Source: Gemmatimonadota bacterium
GTDB taxonomy: Bacteria > Gemmatimonadota > Gemmatimonadetes > Gemmatimonadales > GWC2-71-9
Length of the DNA stretch: 64,000 nt
Direction: 5' to 3'
Assembly: GCA_036679605.1 (NCBI GenBank)
Contig: JAZDCZ010000419.1
Span: 1 to 64,000, forward strand
Position numbers and translations under genes: made by a program
Notes under the pieces: generated by a model
Seen by the model: the letters and a program-made list of their open reading frames with translations, nothing else
Databases searched by the model: none
Told to the model about the DNA's origin: nothing
Shown here: piece after piece, positions 59,645 to 64,000 of the stretch
Numbering within the stretch: the first letter of the stretch is position 1
How the letters are laid out: each line of letters opens with the position of its first letter

Positions 59645-61801
59645 TCAGTGAATGCTCCCGGCGTTTCTCTGGCCTGATTGAGGCCCTAGGGTGATGCCCC
59701 CGGCAAAGGGATTGTGCACTGGACAGTACTCAACCGGCTCCGTGCCGGGTATGAACCATTCGTGGTAGGTCACCTGGGGGGGACACCAACCCGTTACGAG
59801 TAAGCCGGTGGTGTTATCGACTCTGCGCAGGATCAAACCATCTGGTCGCTCCCACTCGGCCGGAGGCGGGCGTCTCTCATATACGTCCCTCATGAATGTT
59901 GCCCAGGCCGGCGCCGCTAGGAGTCCACCCTGCGCATTGGTTTTGATCTTCTGTGGTTGGTCCAAGCCCATCCAGACTGCTGTCACCAACTCCGAAGTGA
60001 AGCCGATGAACCACACGTCGGTCCCGTCATTGGTAGTACCGGTCTTACCGGCCGCCGGGTGCTCAAAACGTCCCCGGAATCTCACCGATCCCCATGCAGT
60101 GCCACCACGCTTGAGTACACCTTCCATCATGTTGGTAACCAGCCACATATGTTCTTCGTCGATCACTCGGTCTGTGCGGACCTGTGGCTCCCACACGATG
60201 TTGCCATGCTCATCCTCTACTCGAAGTATCCCAATCGGCGCCGCTCTAGTGCCGAGAGTTGCGAAGCCCGTGTAGGCCGACGCCATCTCGATCGGTATCA
60301 CCGATGCCGCGCCTATATGGATCGACGGGACGCGGGACATCGACGTAGAGATACCGAATCGGAGAGCCTCACCGATTACAGCAGGCTCTCCGATCTCCCG
60401 GCCCAACCGAATGGCTACGAGGTTTCTCGACTTGCCAAAGCCGGTCCTCATTGTCATCGGACCGTTGAATGAGCCATCAAAGTTTTGCGGTTCCCACGGT
60501 ACAGAGTCTCCGCGCATGAACAGACTGATAGGGGCGTCGTCAATGATATAGCTCGCCGGCTTCCCAGCTCGTATTGCAGCCGTATAGACGAAAGGTTTGA
60601 ACGTCGATCCCGCCTGTCGCTTGGCTTGTGTCGCTCTGTTGAACTCCGAGTCCGAAAAATCGCGCCCCCCCACCATCGCTCGCACATAGCCGCTTTGTGC
60701 ATCGAGGGTGACCAGAGCTGCTTGCAGGTAGGGCGTCTCGGCTCTCTTCCCACCTCCGTTCGCCCGCAACTCCAGATCCTCTTGGTAGGAGATATGTCTG
60801 TAAGGACCGAAGTCTCCGTTCTCGATGCGCTCGAGCTGCTCCTCCAACGCTCGTTCCGCAGCCATCTGCATGTCTAGATCAAGAGTCGTGTAGACGCGAA
60901 ATCCACGTTCGTAGATCTGGTTTCCGAAGCGGTCGTATAGCTGTTGGCGCACCCACTCACGAAAGTAAGGCGCCACGTCGTCGAAATCGGGTCGCGAACT
61001 CAACTCAATTGGATAGGACTTCCACTGCTCTGCTTCGTCTGCGTCGATGTACTCTTCATCGCGCATCAAATTGATCACTCGGTTGCGGCGCAACAACGCG
61101 CGACCCGGATACCGCCGAGGATCGTAGCGCCCGGGCCGATTCGCGATGGCGGCCAGCAGGGCGGCCTCGGCCACATTCAGGTTTCGTGCGGACTTGCCGA
61201 AGTACCTCTGAGCGCCCGCTTCAACTCCGTGAGTAGCACTGCCTCCCAAGTAGATCTGATTGAGATACAGCTCCAGAATGCGGTCTTTCGTGTACGTGCG
61301 CTCGAGTTCCAAGGCTATTCGCATTTCTCGCACTTTGCGCCGAATGTCTTTCGCACTGGGCAATTTGTCGGGAAAGACGTTTCTCGCGAGCTGCATGGTG
61401 ATGGTGGAAAAACCCTCAGAAAATCCTAGGGCAAGCACGTTGGATTTGATCGCCCTGGCAATACCTCGATAATCGACTCCACCGTGTTCGTAGAAGCGCC
61501 TATCCTCTACGGCAACGAAAGCAGCCCTAATGGTCGGCGCGATCTCGTCCACCGAGAGAACGGTTCTGCGTTCGGTACCGAGTTCGGTTATTAGCCGTCC
61601 ATCAGCAGCATACACCTTTGCAGTCTGTGTCGGCGTGTACCCTTCGAGCACTGCGATGGACGGGCAGGAGATCCCGGCGCAGGCTCTGGTCCATGATCCA
61701 TAGGCTATGCCGCAGCCAAGGCCTGTAGCGGCCAACAGTCCGAACGCAGATATCTGCACCAATCCGGCTAGCTTTCGAGTTTCTTTGTGCCGACGTTTCA
61801 T
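59645..61801 (-). CDS. Class A penicillin-binding protein (PBP1A family)
   Basis: EDRRFYEHGG, STITMQL, RK..E, YLNQIY, GSTFKP, SRN, GKTGT. Confidence 0.95.
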   Translation of the reverse strand: MKRRHKETRKLAGLVQISAFGLLAATGLGCGIAYGSWTRACAGISCPSIAVLEGYTPTQTAKVYAADGRLITELGTERRTVLSVDEIAPTIRAAFVAVEDRRFYEHGGVDYRGIARAIKSNVLALGFSEGFSTITMQLARNVFPDKLPSAKDIRRKVREMRIALELERTYTKDRILELYLNQIYLGGSATHGVEAGAQRYFGKSARNLNVAEAALLAAIANRPGRYDPRRYPGRALLRRNRVINLMRDEEYIDADEAEQWKSYPIELSSRPDFDDVAPYFREWVRQQLYDRFGNQIYERGFRVYTTLDLDMQMAAERALEEQLERIENGDFGPYRHISYQEDLELRANGGGKRAETPYLQAALVTLDAQSGYVRAMVGGRDFSDSEFNRATQAKRQAGSTFKPFVYTAAIRAGKPASYIIDDAPISLFMRGDSVPWEPQNFDGSFNGPMTMRTGFGKSRNLVAIRLGREIGEPAVIGEALRFGISTSMSRVPSIHIGAASVIPIEMASAYTGFATLGTRAAPIGILRVEDEHGNIVWEPQVRTDRVIDEEHMWLVTNMMEGVLKRGGTAWGSVRFRGRFEHPAAGKTGTTNDGTDVWFIGFTSELVTAVWMGLDQPQKIKTNAQGGLLAAPAWATFMRDVYERRPPPAEWERPDGLILRRVDNTTGLLVTGWCPPQVTYHEWFIPGTEPVEYCPVHNPFAGGITLGPQSGQRNAGSIH

Positions 61802-61889
61802 GAATGCACGCAACTCCTCTTAGAGCTGAAACCTAGCGGCCCACAACCCGCCTTGCCAGCGTTCTCGTGGCTCACTAACCTTCCCACGC

Positions 61890-63152
61890 ATGAAGCAATT
61901 ACTGGAAGAACTCTCTTGGCGTGGATTACTGCACGATCAGACACCCGGACTGCAAGAGAGGCTGGCTGAGGGACCGATAGCAGGGTACGTCGGTTTCGAT
62001 CCGACAGCAGAAAGTCTCCAGATCGGCAACCTGGTGCCCGTGATGCTGCTTGCCCACCTACAGAGACACGGCGGTCGACCCATCGTCGTTGTTGGCGGAG
62101 GCACCGGACTGGTCGGTGACCCCAGCGGCAAGAGCAAGGAACGACCACTATTGGACGAAGAGACCATCGATCGGAACGCCGAACGCCAACGTAATCAATT
62201 AGCTCAGTTTCTGGAGTTCGACGATTCGACGACGGGCGCGCAGATGGTCAACAATGCAGATTGGCTAAGCGGCCTCAACTTGCTGGCATTTCTCCGAGAC
62301 ATGGGCAAGCACTTCACGCTGTCCTATATGCTGCAAAAAGAGTCCGTCAAGGGACGGATGGCTGACGGTATCTCCTACACCGAATTCAGCTACATGCTCC
62401 TGCAGGCGTATGACTTCTTGCAGCTCCACCGCACCATGAATTGTGAACTGCAGTTGGGGGGTTCCGACCAATGGGGCAACATGACAGCTGGAATCGAGTT
62501 GATCCGTCGAGTAGACGGCGGCAAAGCACATGGGCTTTGTGCACCTCTTCTCACAACAGCATCCGGCACAAAATTTGGGAAAACGGAGACCGGAAGTGTA
62601 TGGCTGGATCCAACAATGACCCGGCCATACGAGTTCTATCAATTCTGGGTCAACGCGGATGACAGTGACGTGGAAGCCAACCTGAAAGTTTTTACCTTCA
62701 TGACGACTGTGGAGATCTCTGAGCTAATGGCTCAGCACAGCGAGAATCCCAGTAGCCGCATTCCTCACAAGAAGATGGCGTTCGACATAACCGCCCGGGT
62801 CCATGGCAGAGAGATCGCACAGCGTATCGTAGAAGCCTCCGATACAGTTTTCGGTGAGAGAAGCCTTGCCGAGGCAAGTGAGGCAACGCTCAAGATGATC
62901 GCGGCAGAATTACCTCATGGCCCACTACCGGAGGGGTTCGGATCAGAAACAGCTGTGGTCGATCTCGTGAACAGTTCAGGGGTGGCCAATTCCAAGAGTG
63001 ACGCACGTAGGCAGATTGAGCAGGGCGCCATTCATATTAACGACCGCAAGGTGACCACGAGTGACTCTACGGCCGGCCCACCGTTGGACGGCGGATACTA
63101 CTGGGTACGGCGAGGCAGGAAGACGAACTTCATCCTCGTACCTTCAACCTGA
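61890..63152 (+). CDS. tyrS: Tyrosine--tRNA ligase
   Basis: GFDPTAESLQIGN, LLQAYDF, QLGGSDQWGN, KFGKT, C-terminal S4 domain. Confidence 0.98.
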   Translation: MKQLLEELSWRGLLHDQTPGLQERLAEGPIAGYVGFDPTAESLQIGNLVPVMLLAHLQRHGGRPIVVVGGGTGLVGDPSGKSKERPLLDEETIDRNAERQRNQLAQFLEFDDSTTGAQMVNNADWLSGLNLLAFLRDMGKHFTLSYMLQKESVKGRMADGISYTEFSYMLLQAYDFLQLHRTMNCELQLGGSDQWGNMTAGIELIRRVDGGKAHGLCAPLLTTASGTKFGKTETGSVWLDPTMTRPYEFYQFWVNADDSDVEANLKVFTFMTTVEISELMAQHSENPSSRIPHKKMAFDITARVHGREIAQRIVEASDTVFGERSLAEASEATLKMIAAELPHGPLPEGFGSETAVVDLVNSSGVANSKSDARRQIEQGAIHINDRKVTTSDSTAGPPLDGGYYWVRRGRKTNFILVPST

Positions 63153-63555
63153 TTTTTTCTGCAATTGCCTCTAGTTCATCCCGCTGAGCTTCCGCTGGAT
63201 ACCCTCTGGGAAATCTCAAGCCGAAAGAGTCGTCTTTGAAGCGAGGTAGTATGTGGAGGTGCAGGTGGAGTACTTCTTGTCCCGCTACCCTGCCGTTTGC
63301 GGTCCAGACATTGAAACCCGCTGCGCCACTGGCATCGGCGATCACCGGTGCAAGATCGGCGCAGACAGCGAAGAGATGTGAGGCTACACTCCGGGGACAA
63401 CTGGATAGATCATCGGCGTGGAGGCGTGGCACCACGAGAGTATGACCCAAATGCACCGGGAAGAGATCAAGAAACGCCACAGCCGTGTCATCCTCATATA
63501 CTACGCTGGCCGGAGCGGCACCCTCAACGATTCTACAGAAGACGCAATCTTCCAT
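63130..63555 (-). CDS. HIT family protein
   Basis: DCVFCRI, GHTLVVP, HLHLHILPR. Confidence 0.93.
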   Translation of the reverse strand: MEDCVFCRIVEGAAPASVVYEDDTAVAFLDLFPVHLGHTLVVPRLHADDLSSCPRSVASHLFAVCADLAPVIADASGAAGFNVWTANGRVAGQEVLHLHLHILPRFKDDSFGLRFPRGYPAEAQRDELEAIAEKIRLKVRG

Positions 63556-63664
63556 CGACAGTACAATCTTCCCTCATGGATGGTATTCGCAAGATGTCGA
63601 CTCTTAGCATGTTTGAGATGAATGCCAGCCCGTTGAAGCTAACACCGCGAAAGGATCAGAAGCC

Positions 63665-64000
63665 GTGAAGAATAGGGACTATACCCTAGTGTTGGGCGCT
63701 GGTGGTCTAAAGGGGCTGGCCCACATCGGAGTACTCACGGCCCTGGAGGAACACGATTTTCTTCCCGTCGACGTAGTTGGCTGCAGCATTGGCGCGATCG
63801 TAGCTGCGGCCTGGTGTTCTGGTATCTCCGCGCAAGAACTCTCAGACATGGCCCTCGATCTGAAGCGGCGTGATTTCTTTCGGATCGCCCACACAGATAT
63901 GGCGTTCAAGCGAATGAAAGCCCCTTCCCTATACCGTCGCGAACCCTTGGCGGAGTTTGTCAATGGCCTACTCGGTGACATCACCTTCGATGAGCTGGAG
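63665..64000 (+). CDS. Patatin-like phospholipase (runs off the window end, not in the ORF track)
   Basis: My translation from GTG 63665: LVLGAGGLKGLAHIGVL ... VGCSIGA. Confidence 0.85.
   Translation, partial: MKNRDYTLVLGAGGLKGLAHIGVLTALEEHDFLPVDVVGCSIGAIVAAAWCSGISAQELSDMALDLKRRDFFRIAHTDMAFKRMKAPSLYRREPLAEFVNGLLGDITFDELE

Noticed and set aside
63679..63984. 101-aa minus-strand ORF
   Set aside because: Antisense shadow of the patatin gene on the plus strand.

Overview
A 64-kb GC-rich bacterial chromosomal segment. Gene content and style suggest Gemmatimonadota, which is an inference and not shown by a marker gene. The window opens with an apparently complete group II intron (minus strand, about 2-1905) encoding an RT/maturase with no endonuclease domain. 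It is inserted in the last codons of an NHL-repeat gene and has a readable EBS1/IBS1 match. The next ~28 kb look accessory: secreted NHL/PQQ/MBL enzymes, transporters, a PanE-like/acyl-CoA ligase pair and a deoxyhypusine-synthase-like gene. This part contains a family of small REP/REPIN-like palindromes and several genes damaged by deletions (acyl-CoA ligase, yfcC, a collapsed ABC permease, a kinase remnant). The rest is mostly housekeeping: rho-ruvX-mltG, thiE, aroH, tldD/E, tdh-kbl, mpg, argR-argG-argH with ARG boxes, PBP1A and tyrS. It also holds a KRKAT-repeat histone-like protein, a stand-alone HisKA mini-protein, a TPR/CsgG-like lipoprotein paired with a beta-barrel, and a type IV minor pilin operon with sigma54-type promoter motifs. 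I recognised no rRNA, tRNA or CRISPR array. All calls come from motif recognition by eye, with no database searches.
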